A model generated the notes under the pieces. It ran no database searches and had not been told where the DNA came from. It was given only the letters and a program-made list of their open reading frames with translations. Positions 1 to 8,581 of a stretch of 24,000 nucleotides of DNA are shown in pieces. How positions within the stretch are numbered: position 1 is the stretch's first letter; each line of letters starts with the position of its first letter. A program made the position numbers and the translations under genes. The stretch comes from Candidatus Aminicenantes bacterium (GTDB lineage Bacteria > Acidobacteriota > Aminicenantia > Aminicenantales > UBA4085): NCBI GenBank assembly GCA_016867585.1, contig VGJF01000001.1:27204-51203 (forward strand). The letters run 5' to 3'.

Positions 1-494
1 TCGAGAAGCATGAACGACGGGTCCGTGGCCAAGGCCCGGGCGATCTCCAGCCGCCGCCGTTCCCCCCCCGAAAGGGTGGTGGCTTTGGCCCGTCCGAGAC
101 GGTCGAGGCCGAATTCGCGGAGCATGGCCGTCGTTCGCTCTCGGGCCGCTTTTCTGGCCGGCTTTCTCTTCCGCATGACCGCTCGGAGATTGGCCTCGAC
201 GCTCAGCCGCCGGAAGGATGAGGACTCCTGGGGAAGGAGGGACACGCCGCGCCGGGCCCGGAGAAACATCGGGACCGCGGTCAAGTCTGCATCGCCCAGG
301 AGAACTTGTCCCCCGTCGCTTTCGACGAGGCCGACAATGATGGAAAAGGTCGTTGTTTTTCCGGCCCCGTTGGGCCCGAGAAGCCCGACGACCTCGCCGC
401 GGCCGACCTCCACGGAAACGTCGTCGACGACCTTTCTCCGGCCGTAGCTCTTAACGAGGTGGACGGCCTTGAGGTTCCGCGGCTTGTCCGCCAT
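1..494 (-). CDS. lptB: LPS export ABC transporter ATP-binding protein LptB (partial; 3' end runs off the left edge, N-terminal ~164 aa present)
   Basis: Manual reverse-complement translation from ATG at 494 gives MADKPRNLKAVHLVKSYGRRKVVDDVSVEVGRGEVVGLLGPNGAGKTTTFSIIVGL...TLSGGERRRLEIARALATDPSFMLL. Walker A (GPNGAGKT) and the ABC signature (LSGGE) are read directly. It is absent from the ORF track because it has no in-window stop. It lies directly downstream of an LptC/LptA-like gene. Confidence 0.85.
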   Translation of the reverse strand, partial: MADKPRNLKAVHLVKSYGRRKVVDDVSVEVGRGEVVGLLGPNGAGKTTTFSIIVGLVESDGGQVLLGDADLTAVPMFLRARRGVSLLPQESSSFRRLSVEANLRAVMRKRKPARKAARERTTAMLREFGLDRLGRAKATTLSGGERRRLEIARALATDPSFMLL

Positions 495-2382
495 CCCTGT
501 TCTCGACGACGATTTTGCCATCCGCCAGAAAGAATGTCAATTTTTCGCCGCTGGCCGAGCCCTTGCCTTTCTCCTTGAGGACCGGCCTCTCGGTGAGGAC
601 GATCGTCTCGGCGGCGGCGTCATAGACGGCCAGCCCCCCCGTGGCCTCCCGGGCGCCGCCGCCCTGGAAGAGCGTAACCTGCCGGGAGGCCAGGACTCTC
701 CGGATTTCCCCGCCGGCGAGGTCGACGGTGATGGCCTCGGCCCGGATCTCGACATCCCGGGTCCGCAGAATCCCCGCGCCGCCGTAGACGATCTTCTGGG
801 CCGCGGGGTCGTAGTTCAAGGTCGCCGCCTCGATGGTCATCCTCTCCTCCTGCGGATTGTCCCTGTTTCGCGGGACGTGGATGAACGTCGAGAGGGGGGC
901 TTTCGCCTCGCGGATTTCTCCGGTGTCCTCGAAGATCTTGAGCTCGCGGACGAACAACGACTCCCGGCCCTGGACGATCCGGATCGGGCCGTCCATCCAA
1001 AAGCTCCTCTCCGCGCCCTCGTACCGGGCGGCCTCGGCCCGGATGAAAACCGGCTGGGTGCCGCGGAAAAATCCCGCGATTCCGCCTCCGCCCTCCTTCG
1101 GGGTCGAAACGATGGAGACCCCGCCGGCCGCGTCGAAGCTGTTGAGCCGGAAGTAGAAGACAAGAGTGCCGCAGGTCAGGGTTCGGCCCGGTTCGACGAA
1201 AGTCGCCGGACGGTCCGGACTCCCCGTCAGCCGCAGGTCCCGGTCTTCGTAGAAAACCCTGTCTCCTTCCAGGATTTTGGTCTCTTTCGTCGCCGCCCGA
1301 AATCCCGCGATCCGCGGCCGCCCCTCGACCGAAAAATCGCGCAGCTCTCCCTCGGGCGTGAAAAAGAATTCGACCCGCTCGCCGGAGACGTCGGTCTCAT
1401 TGCCGCTGTCGAAAAGGAACTTGACCGCGCCGCCCTCCCGGAGGAGAAAGGCCTGGAGGAGGTCCGAATCGGGAAAAGGGATGAGGATGGCCTGGCCGGC
1501 GGTGATCCGGTACCGGTCGGCCCAGAAGGAGATGAAGTCGGTGAAGCCGGCCTCGGCCGTCGAGGCCGGGGGCTTGGAGGGGGAGGACGCGGCGGGATTT
1601 TCGACCCGGAGGTCGACCCCTTCCCGCAGTTCGACCCGGCTCAGGTTGTCGCTGTCGGGAAACAGCTCGAACTGGACGATCCCGGCCCGCCCCCGGTTCT
1701 CTTTCTGGGAAAAAACGACGTCGCCCTCGATCCGCCCGACCCGGTCCCGCTGATTGTAGAGAAACCGCTGCCCTGTCAGGCGGATGGGCGCTTGGGAGGG
1801 GTCGCGGAGAGCGACCGTGAAGTCGACTTCGTCCTCGAAGACGACGACGTCCGACCCGAAGTCGTAAGCGAGGCTCCGGGCCGTCCCGCCGAAGCGCGGG
1901 GAGACGAGGCGGACCCCGGCCGAGGAGCGGACGGTCTCGGTGGACTTGTCATAGGCGAACTCCAAGGAGACCACGGCCAAGTTGTTCATCCGGACGGCGG
2001 CATTGCCCCGGACCTCGATCCTGGTCCAGCCTTCGTCGTAGACGGCGGCCTCGCCGGCCATCCGGATCTCCCGGCCCCCCGTTTTTCCATAATCGACGAT
2101 CTGGACGCGCCCCTCGAGATGATTCCGGCCGTCGGCCCCCTTGTATTGCTTGTCGGCCCTGGCTTCGACCTTGCTTTGGTCGCCCCGGAACTCGATGAAA
2201 CTGATTTGATTCCGGACCTCGACCTTGGCCGGACCGATTTCGCCGGGCGGGTTGTCGATCATCCGGGGCTTTCGGCCCAAACGGTCGACGACGAATGCGG
2301 CCACGACGACGAGAAGGACGGCCAAGGCCGCCAGCGCGAATCCGCGGGCGACGCTCGTCCAACGCCACCGGCGCCCGGACAT
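451..2382 (-). CDS. Membrane-anchored OstA/LptC-LptA-like protein, 643 aa (candidate fused LptC-LptA periplasmic bridge)
   Basis: ORF 451..2820 trimmed to ATG 2382. The upstream 146 codons are Arg/Pro/Gly junk overlapping recJ. The N-terminus MSGRRWRWTSVARGFALAALAVLLVVVAAFVV is an Arg-rich stretch followed by one TM helix. The body is beta-strand-like with recurring A..A.YD....I.L.G segments. The C-terminus is LptA-like (REATGGLAVYDAAAETIVLTERPVLKEKGKGSASGEKLTFFLADGKIVVEN). It sits in the lptC/lptA position immediately upstream of lptB. Confidence 0.6.
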   Translation of the reverse strand: MSGRRWRWTSVARGFALAALAVLLVVVAAFVVDRLGRKPRMIDNPPGEIGPAKVEVRNQISFIEFRGDQSKVEARADKQYKGADGRNHLEGRVQIVDYGKTGGREIRMAGEAAVYDEGWTRIEVRGNAAVRMNNLAVVSLEFAYDKSTETVRSSAGVRLVSPRFGGTARSLAYDFGSDVVVFEDEVDFTVALRDPSQAPIRLTGQRFLYNQRDRVGRIEGDVVFSQKENRGRAGIVQFELFPDSDNLSRVELREGVDLRVENPAASSPSKPPASTAEAGFTDFISFWADRYRITAGQAILIPFPDSDLLQAFLLREGGAVKFLFDSGNETDVSGERVEFFFTPEGELRDFSVEGRPRIAGFRAATKETKILEGDRVFYEDRDLRLTGSPDRPATFVEPGRTLTCGTLVFYFRLNSFDAAGGVSIVSTPKEGGGGIAGFFRGTQPVFIRAEAARYEGAERSFWMDGPIRIVQGRESLFVRELKIFEDTGEIREAKAPLSTFIHVPRNRDNPQEERMTIEAATLNYDPAAQKIVYGGAGILRTRDVEIRAEAITVDLAGGEIRRVLASRQVTLFQGGGAREATGGLAVYDAAAETIVLTERPVLKEKGKGSASGEKLTFFLADGKIVVENRDGGQAAEPQGRPPR

Positions 2383-2384
2383 GG

Positions 2385-4100
2385 TCAGGAACTCCGCCGG
2401 AGGCCGGCCAGCCCGAGATAGGGCTGTTCCTCGCCGAAGAAGGCGGACGTCTGGAGGGAAAAAGCCAGGTCGACCCGGTCCCCTTTGGACACGGCCGCCG
2501 TCCAGGCGGCCCGCTCCCAGGCGATCGCCTCGAACGTCTTCCCGTCCCGGCGGACCAGAAATTTGGCGTGGCGGCCTTGGAGGCGTTTCGGCGGCCCGAT
2601 GATATCCACGCCTTCGGCCAGGAAAACGGGACGCGGATTGCCGACCCCGTACGGATCGAGGAGAGACAAGCCGTTCCAAAGCCGGGCGTCGATTTCGGCG
2701 AGTTGGAGCCGGGCATCCAGGCGAAGCCGGCGGCGGAAAGTCTCGCGGGAGAGGCCCTCTTCGGCCACCCGGTTCAAGACTTCCCGGAAGGCCGGGACCC
2801 GGCGGCGCTCGAGCGTGCATCCGACCGCGGCGGGATGGCCTCCCGAAGACAGGAAGATGTCGCCGCAGGCGGCCAAACCGTCGATGAGCGAGAATCCGGG
2901 AAGGCTTCGGCCCGAGCCGAAGGCCTTGTCCCCATCGTAAGACATCAGGATGACCGGCCGGAGAAATTCGTCCTTCAGCCGGGAGGCGACGATGCCGATG
3001 ATCCCCCGCGGCCAGCCTTCATCGCCGAGGATGAGGATCCTATAGCGGTCGGCGAGGCCCCGGGAGCGGATCCGGTCCGAAGCCTGCCGGCGAATTTTCT
3101 CTTCGGAAACTTGACGCCGGGCGTTCAGGGCGTTGAGACGTTCGGCCACGGCCGCCGTCTCCGCCGGCGAGGCCGAAAAAAAGAGACGGACGGCGAGATC
3201 GGTCTCCCCCATCCGGCCGGCGGCGTTGATCCGCGGGCCCAGGCGGAAACCGATGTCGCTTTCCGAAATCCGCCTGCCCCCCAGGCCGCACGCTTCGATC
3301 AGGCTCCGCAGTCCCGGGTCGGACGTCCGGCCAAGGTCCCGAAGGCCTTCCTTGACGAGAATGCGGTTCTCTCCCCGGAGGTCGGCGACGTCGGCGATCG
3401 TCCCGATGGCCGCGAATTTCCAGTACGGGTCGAGGCCGTCTTCCCGCCCCGACCTCGCCAGGAGGGCCTGGATCAGTTTGAAGGCCACCCCGACCCCGGC
3501 CAGGCGGGGATCGGGATAGGCCGAACCCGGAAGAGCGGGATTGAGGACGGCCACGGCCTCGGGGACCTCGGGGCCCGGCTGGTGATGATCGGTGATGATG
3601 ACGTCGACGCCCCGCTCCCGGGCCGCCCGGACGAAGTCCAAGTCCTTCACCCCGCAGTCGACGCTGATGACGAGCCGGGCCCCCCGCTCGACGGCGGCGG
3701 CGGCATGGGCCGTCTTGATCCCGTAGCCGTCCCGGAGGCGGTCGGGGATGAAGACGTCGGCCGCGGCCCCGAGGGATGACAAGGCCCGGTGGAGCATGAC
3801 CGCCGAGAGGATGCCGTCGACGTCATAATCGCCGATGACGAGGATGCGTTCGTCGTCGGCCGCGGCCCGTTCGATCCGCTCGACCGCGGCGGCCATTCCC
3901 GGCATAAGGAAGGGGTCGTGGAGACCCGACGGCCCTCCAGAGAGGAATCGCCAAGCGGCCTCGGGATCGTCGAGACCCCGGTTGATGAGGACCTGGCCGA
4001 GGGAAACAGGCAGGTCCAAGGCCGCCGCCAGAGAGGCGGCCTTGTCGCTCGGCGGAGGCATCGTCCAGACGGCGTCGTCCATGAAGATAAAGTAACACAT
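2385..4100 (-). CDS. recJ: Single-stranded-DNA-specific exonuclease RecJ
   Basis: DHH/DHHA1 motifs read directly: VIGDYDVDGILS, SVDCG, VIITDHHQP, SSGGHPAAVG. Start is ambiguous. ATG 4100 is preferred (GAGGGG about 9 nt upstream); ATG 4082 (MDDAVW...) is the alternative. The ORF-track start at 4187 adds an implausible extension. The stop lies 2 nt before the next gene's ATG. Confidence 0.9.
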   Translation of the reverse strand: MCYFIFMDDAVWTMPPPSDKAASLAAALDLPVSLGQVLINRGLDDPEAAWRFLSGGPSGLHDPFLMPGMAAAVERIERAAADDERILVIGDYDVDGILSAVMLHRALSSLGAAADVFIPDRLRDGYGIKTAHAAAAVERGARLVISVDCGVKDLDFVRAARERGVDVIITDHHQPGPEVPEAVAVLNPALPGSAYPDPRLAGVGVAFKLIQALLARSGREDGLDPYWKFAAIGTIADVADLRGENRILVKEGLRDLGRTSDPGLRSLIEACGLGGRRISESDIGFRLGPRINAAGRMGETDLAVRLFFSASPAETAAVAERLNALNARRQVSEEKIRRQASDRIRSRGLADRYRILILGDEGWPRGIIGIVASRLKDEFLRPVILMSYDGDKAFGSGRSLPGFSLIDGLAACGDIFLSSGGHPAAVGCTLERRRVPAFREVLNRVAEEGLSRETFRRRLRLDARLQLAEIDARLWNGLSLLDPYGVGNPRPVFLAEGVDIIGPPKRLQGRHAKFLVRRDGKTFEAIAWERAAWTAAVSKGDRVDLAFSLQTSAFFGEEQPYLGLAGLRRSS

Positions 4101-4168
4101 CGGGCCCCGCCCCTCAATCCGGCCGCCGAATGGCCGGACCGGCCGGCGGCGTTCAACGGCCGCGGATT

Positions 4169-4179
4169 TGGTATATAAT
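4169..4179 (+). promoter_or_regulatory. Putative ftsY promoter -10 region (TGgTATATAAT; extended -10-like)
   Basis: TATAAT at 4174..4179 (or TATATA at 4172..4177 preceded by TGg) is an AT island in GC-rich DNA. It ends only 7 nt before the ftsY ATG at 4187. A weak -35 candidate is TTCAAC at 4152..4157. Confidence 0.45.
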
Positions 4180-4186
4180 CGGTCCA

Positions 4187-5080
4187 ATGCTCGAAAAGCT
4201 GCGGGCCACGCTGGCCAAGACGAGGGCCGCCCTCAAAGACCGTCTCGACGGGATTTTCCAGAGCGCCGCGTCCCGCGACGAGACCCTCGAAGGCTTGTCC
4301 GAAGCCCTCATCCTGGCGGACGTCGGCCTCGCGACGACCGAAAAGATCGTCCAGGCCGTCCGGGAACGGACGCGAAAGAGCGACGGACCGGAAGCCATTC
4401 TGTCCGCCCTCAAGGACGAAATCGCGGCCCTCCTCGACCGCGGCCCCGCCCCTCCTCCGGCCGCAGGCGGCTTGACCGCGGTGATGATTGTCGGCGTCAA
4501 CGGCGGAGGGAAAACGACGACGGCCGCCAAGTTGGCCCGCCGCCACGCCGCCGCGGGCCGCAGGGTCCTGCTCGTCGCCGCGGACACCTTCCGGGCGGCG
4601 GCCCAGGAACAGGTCGTCCTCTGGGGGCAGCGGCTGGGGATCCCCGTCCACCGCGGCCAGTCCGGGGCCGACCCGGCTTCGGTCGTTTTCGAGGCCTCCC
4701 GGCAGGCCCGGTCCAAATCCTTCCAGACCATGATCGTCGACACGGCCGGCCGGGTCCATACCAATCCGAACCTCATGGCCGAGCTCGAAAAGGTCAAGCG
4801 CGTCCTCGGCCGGGAAATCGAAGGAGCCCCCCAGGAAATCCTCCTCGTCCTCGATGCCTCGATCGGCCGGAACGCCCTTCCGCAAGCCCGCCAATTCCTG
4901 AAGGTTTCCGGTCTGACGGGCATCGCTCTGACCAAGCTCGACGGGACGGCCAAAGGCGGGGCGGTCATCGGCATCGTCGATGAACTCGGCCTTCCGATTC
5001 GCCATCTCGGCACCGGCGAAGGCGAAGACGATCTCGAGGATTTCGCCTCCCGGCCGTTCGTGGACGCCCTTCTGACATGA
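4187..5080 (+). CDS. ftsY: Signal recognition particle receptor FtsY (short NG-domain form, 297 aa)
   Basis: SRP-GTPase motifs GVNGGGKTTT, DTAGR and TKLDGTAKGG. ORF 4130..5080 trimmed to MLEKLRATLAKTR at 4187, because the promoter-like TATAAT lies inside the upstream extension. Confidence 0.9.
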   Translation: MLEKLRATLAKTRAALKDRLDGIFQSAASRDETLEGLSEALILADVGLATTEKIVQAVRERTRKSDGPEAILSALKDEIAALLDRGPAPPPAAGGLTAVMIVGVNGGGKTTTAAKLARRHAAAGRRVLLVAADTFRAAAQEQVVLWGQRLGIPVHRGQSGADPASVVFEASRQARSKSFQTMIVDTAGRVHTNPNLMAELEKVKRVLGREIEGAPQEILLVLDASIGRNALPQARQFLKVSGLTGIALTKLDGTAKGGAVIGIVDELGLPIRHLGTGEGEDDLEDFASRPFVDALLT

Positions 5081-6174
5081 TCGACGCCCGCGACCTCGCC
5101 TTCATGGACATGGCCTACGGCCTGGCGGAAAAAGCCCTCGGCTGCGCCTGCCCCAACCCGCACGTCGGGGCCGTCGTTGTCCGGGAAGGACGGGTCGTCG
5201 GCCACGGACACCATGAGCGGGCCGGGACGGCCCACGCCGAAGCCGTCGCCCTGGCCCGGGCGGGGAGGCTGGCCCGGGGGGCAACGCTATACGTCACCCT
5301 CGAGCCGTGCGTGCATTGGGGACGGACTCCGCCGTGCCTCGAAGCCGTCCTGGCCGCGGGCCTCGTCCGGGTCGTCGTCTCGGCCGCCGACCCCAATCCC
5401 GGCGTCCGGGGGCGGGGAATCCGGGGCCTCCGAAAGGCCGGAATCCCCGTCGAGGTCGGGGCCCGTTCCGAGAGAGGGAGACCGCTCAACGAGGCCTATG
5501 CCAAATGGATCCGAACGCGGCGGCCGTTCGTGACCCTCAAGGCCGCTCTCAGCCTTGACGGGAAAATGGCCACCCGGACGTTCGAATCGGCCTGGATCAG
5601 CGGCCCCGGGACGAGAGAGTACATGCATCTCGTGCGGGCGGAGAACGACGCCGTCTTGATCGGCGCCGGGACGGCCGCCCGCGACGATCCCCGGCTCGGC
5701 GTCCGCCATCCCAATTGGCCGGACAAGAAGATCCTCCGGGTCGTCCTCGACCCGGAGCTTCGCCTATCTCCGCGAGCCCGGCTTTTCCGAGACGCGGCCG
5801 GTCCTGTTCTCGTCATCGCCGGCGGCCGCGTCTCCGCCCGAAAGATACGGTCCTTGTCCGAACGGGGAGCCGAAGTCCTCGTCCTGGGGGGACGGACCCG
5901 GGGATTCGACCTCGAGCTCGTCTTCGCGGCCTTGGGGGAGCGGGGCGTGACCAGCGTTCTCATCGAGGGAGGAGGGACGGTCGCCACGTCGATTCTCGAG
6001 CGGAAGCTGGCCGACAAGATCCTCCTGTCCCTTTCCCCTCTCCTCATCGGCGGCCGGGAGGCCGTCGCCTTCTACGCCGGCCGGGGAGCGGGCCGGCTTG
6101 CCGAGAGCCTTCGCCTCGGCCGCCTCTCGACGGTCCGAATCGGCGAGGACGTGGTCATGGAGGGATATGTCTGA
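5077..6174 (+). CDS. ribD: Bifunctional riboflavin biosynthesis protein RibD (pyrimidine deaminase / uracil reductase)
   Basis: Deaminase zinc site HAEAVAL ... TLEPCVHWGRTPPC, followed by a C-terminal reductase half (KAALSLDGKMA...). The start overlaps the ftsY stop (ATGA). Confidence 0.9.
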   Translation: MIDARDLAFMDMAYGLAEKALGCACPNPHVGAVVVREGRVVGHGHHERAGTAHAEAVALARAGRLARGATLYVTLEPCVHWGRTPPCLEAVLAAGLVRVVVSAADPNPGVRGRGIRGLRKAGIPVEVGARSERGRPLNEAYAKWIRTRRPFVTLKAALSLDGKMATRTFESAWISGPGTREYMHLVRAENDAVLIGAGTAARDDPRLGVRHPNWPDKKILRVVLDPELRLSPRARLFRDAAGPVLVIAGGRVSARKIRSLSERGAEVLVLGGRTRGFDLELVFAALGERGVTSVLIEGGGTVATSILERKLADKILLSLSPLLIGGREAVAFYAGRGAGRLAESLRLGRLSTVRIGEDVVMEGYV

Positions 6175-6764
6175 TGTTCACCGGAATCATCCAAGCCCAG
6201 GGCCGGATGTCCGGCTACCGGCAGGGAGGCCGGGAGATCGTCGTCCGGGCCGGCGGTCTGGCGGGGCGGATCGAACCGGGCGGCAGTCTGGCCGTCGACG
6301 GCGTCTGTCTGACCCTGGTCCGACGGGAGGCGGAACTCCTCGTTTTCGGGCTGTCCCGCGAGACGAGGGACCGAACGACGCTCGGCGCCCTCCGGGCCGG
6401 CCGGCCTCTAAACCTCGAGTTGCCGCTCACCCTGGCCGCTCCCCTCGGTGGCCATCTCGTCTCCGGACACGTCGACTACAAAGGCCGCATCCTCCGGGTC
6501 CTCGCCCGGCCGCCGGGGCGGCGGATTTCGGTCACCCTGCCTCCCGCCATGCGTCCGTTTTTCGTGGCCAAAGGATCGGCCGCCGTCGACGGCGTCAGCT
6601 TGACCGTGGCCGCCGTCGGGCCGGCCGCCTTCGACGTCGAACTCATCCCGGCCACCCTCGAGACGACGAATCTCGGCCGTCTCCGGCCCGGCGCCGAGGT
6701 TAATGTCGAGTGTGACATGATCGGAAAATATGTGTATAATTTCGTCAAACGTCCGTCCGTGTAG
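6174..6764 (+). CDS. ribE: Riboflavin synthase (alpha chain), 196 aa
   Basis: [11 protein letters not shown]-terminus and two lumazine-binding repeats ([20 protein letters not shown]). ORF 5715..6764 trimmed to ATG 6174, which overlaps the ribD stop (TGATG). Confidence 0.9.
   Translation: MFTGIIQAQGRMSGYRQGGREIVVRAGGLAGRIEPGGSLAVDGVCLTLVRREAELLVFGLSRETRDRTTLGALRAGRPLNLELPLTLAAPLGGHLVSGHVDYKGRILRVLARPPGRRISVTLPPAMRPFFVAKGSAAVDGVSLTVAAVGPAAFDVELIPATLETTNLGRLRPGAEVNVECDMIGKYVYNFVKRPSV
6712..6740 (+). promoter_or_regulatory. Putative internal promoter for ribBA inside the ribE 3' end (GTGACA-N17-TATAAT)
   Basis: GTGACA at 6712..6717, a 17-nt spacer, then TATAAT at 6735..6740, 35 nt upstream of the ribBA ATG. 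It is built from AT-ending codons (aaa tat gtg tat aat ttc) that are unusual for this genome. Confidence 0.35.
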
Positions 6765-6774
6765 GATCTCGCCG

Positions 6775-7992
6775 ATGCCCGAACGCGCCCTTCTTTCGAC
6801 CGTAGGGGAAGCCCTGGCCGCCGTCCGCGAGGGCCGCCTGATCATCATCGTCGACGACGAAGACCGGGAGAACGAGGGCGACTTCATGGTCGCAGCCGAG
6901 AAGGCGACCCCGGAAATCGTCAACTTCATGGCCCTCCACGGGCGAGGGCTCATCTGCCTTCCCCTGACCGGAGAACGCCTCGAGGCCCTCCATCTCCCCC
7001 TCATGGTCCAGGAGAACACGGCCCGCTTCCAGACGGCCTTCACCGTTTCGATCGACGCCAAGGAAGGCGTCACGACCGGGATTTCGGCCGCCGACCGGGC
7101 GAAGACGATCCTCGCCGCCGTCGATCCCCGGACCAAGCCTTCGGACCTGGCCCGGCCGGGCCATGTCTTTCCCCTCCAAGCCCAGGACGGGGGGGTCCTC
7201 GCCCGGGCGGGTCAGACCGAAGCCGCCGTCGACCTCGCCCGTTTGGCCGGCCTGAGGCCGGCCGGGGTCATCTGCGAAATCATGAACGAAGACGGGACGA
7301 TGGCCCGTCTTCCCGACCTCGAACGGATCAGCCGCGAATTCGGCCTCCCGATCTTGACGATCGCCGACCTCATCAAGCACCGGATGGAGACCGAATGCCA
7401 TGTCCGCAAGGTCGAGGAAGCTGACCTTCCGACGGCCTACGGGCGGTTCCGCATCGCCGTCTTCGAGGACCTCATCCACGGCCAGAACCATGTCGCCCTG
7501 GTCAAGGGCGAAATCCGCCCCGATGAGCCCGTTCTCGTCAGGGCCCACTCCCAGTGCCTGACCGGAGACACCTTCGGCTCTTGCCGCTGCGACTGCGGCG
7601 AACAGCTTCACCGGGCCATGAAGATGATCGAGGAGGCCGACGCGGGGATCATCCTCTACATCCTGACCCACGAAGGCCGGGGGATCGGGCTGATGAACAA
7701 AATCCGGGCCTATGCCATTCAGGACGGGGGGGCGGACACCGTCGAGGCCAACACCCGCCTCGGATTCAAGGCGGACCAGAGGGACTACGGCTTCGGGGCC
7801 CAGGTCCTCGTCTCTCTGGGAGTCAAGAAAATCCGTCTCATGACGAACAATCCGCGCAAGTTCGTCGGCCTCGCCGGCTACGGGCTGGAAATCATCGAGC
7901 GGGTCCCGATCGAGATCCCGCCGAACATCTCCAACTTGAATTACCTTCGAACGAAAAAGGAAAAGATGGGCCACATCCTGAAAATGGTGTAG
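6775..7992 (+). CDS. ribBA: Bifunctional 3,4-dihydroxy-2-butanone-4-phosphate synthase / GTP cyclohydrolase II
   Basis: N-terminal half resembles DHBP synthase ([20 protein letters not shown]). C-terminal half resembles GTP cyclohydrolase II ([25 protein letters not shown]). ORF 6730..7992 trimmed to [10 protein letters not shown] at 6775. Confidence 0.9.
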   Translation: MPERALLSTVGEALAAVREGRLIIIVDDEDRENEGDFMVAAEKATPEIVNFMALHGRGLICLPLTGERLEALHLPLMVQENTARFQTAFTVSIDAKEGVTTGISAADRAKTILAAVDPRTKPSDLARPGHVFPLQAQDGGVLARAGQTEAAVDLARLAGLRPAGVICEIMNEDGTMARLPDLERISREFGLPILTIADLIKHRMETECHVRKVEEADLPTAYGRFRIAVFEDLIHGQNHVALVKGEIRPDEPVLVRAHSQCLTGDTFGSCRCDCGEQLHRAMKMIEEADAGIILYILTHEGRGIGLMNKIRAYAIQDGGADTVEANTRLGFKADQRDYGFGAQVLVSLGVKKIRLMTNNPRKFVGLAGYGLEIIERVPIEIPPNISNLNYLRTKKEKMGHILKMV

Positions 7993-7993
7993 G

Positions 7994-8581
7994 ATGATGA
8001 AGTATCTCCGGCGGGCCTCGGCCGACGGACCCGAGGCGAACGATCCCCTGCGGCGGGAGGCCTTGGGGTTGCTGCCGCCGGACATCCGGACGGCCGACGC
8101 CCAGGCCGCGGTCAACACCCTCCTCCGGCGGGTCGAAATCATCCAGGACCGGAAGAAGAAAATCAAGTTCATCCGGATGATCGCCCACCTCGACGCGCCC
8201 TGGATTCCCAAGGTGTTCGTCGAGCTTCTCGCCGACTCAAGCGAGGAGGTCCGCGATGTCGCCGTCCGTGAGCTTTCCGAACGCGGAGATTGGCCGGCCT
8301 CGGCCGTTTACGACCGGCTTCCCCGTCCTCCGTGGTACGCCAAGAGCGCGGCCCTCCGCGTCCTCGGCCTCCGGAAGGACGCCGCGGCGATCCCCCACAT
8401 CCGCCGGATGGTCGGCGACCCGAACGCCGACGTCAAACGGACCGCCGCCTGGTGCCTCGGTGAAATCGGCGGGGCCGACGCCCTGTCCCTTCTGGTCAGG
8501 CTCGCGGCCGATGCCAATCCCTACGTCCGGAACGCGGCCGCCGGATCGCTCGACCGCCTCTGCGACTTCAAGTTCATCTGA
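7994..8581 (+). CDS. HEAT-repeat (PBS-lyase HEAT-like) protein, 195 aa, function unknown
   Basis: Repeated D..(E/N).VR..A...L units: DSSEEVRDVAVRELS, DPNADVKRTAAWCLGEIG, DANPYVRNAAAGSLDRL. It starts 2 nt after the ribBA stop. Confidence 0.6.
   Translation: MMKYLRRASADGPEANDPLRREALGLLPPDIRTADAQAAVNTLLRRVEIIQDRKKKIKFIRMIAHLDAPWIPKVFVELLADSSEEVRDVAVRELSERGDWPASAVYDRLPRPPWYAKSAALRVLGLRKDAAAIPHIRRMVGDPNADVKRTAAWCLGEIGGADALSLLVRLAADANPYVRNAAAGSLDRLCDFKFI

Noticed and set aside
2383-2820. N-terminal extensions of ORF-track entries: 451..2820, 2385..4187, 4130.., 5715.., 6730.., ..10616, ..14179, 13722.., 14474...
   Set aside because: The extensions are Arg/Pro-rich, overlap neighbouring genes or promoter elements, and precede internal ATGs that give canonical family N-termini, often with a Shine-Dalgarno site.
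5040-5100. FMN riboswitch expected upstream of the rib operon.
   Set aside because: The ribD ATG overlaps the ftsY stop codon (ATGA), so there is no non-coding space for a riboswitch here.
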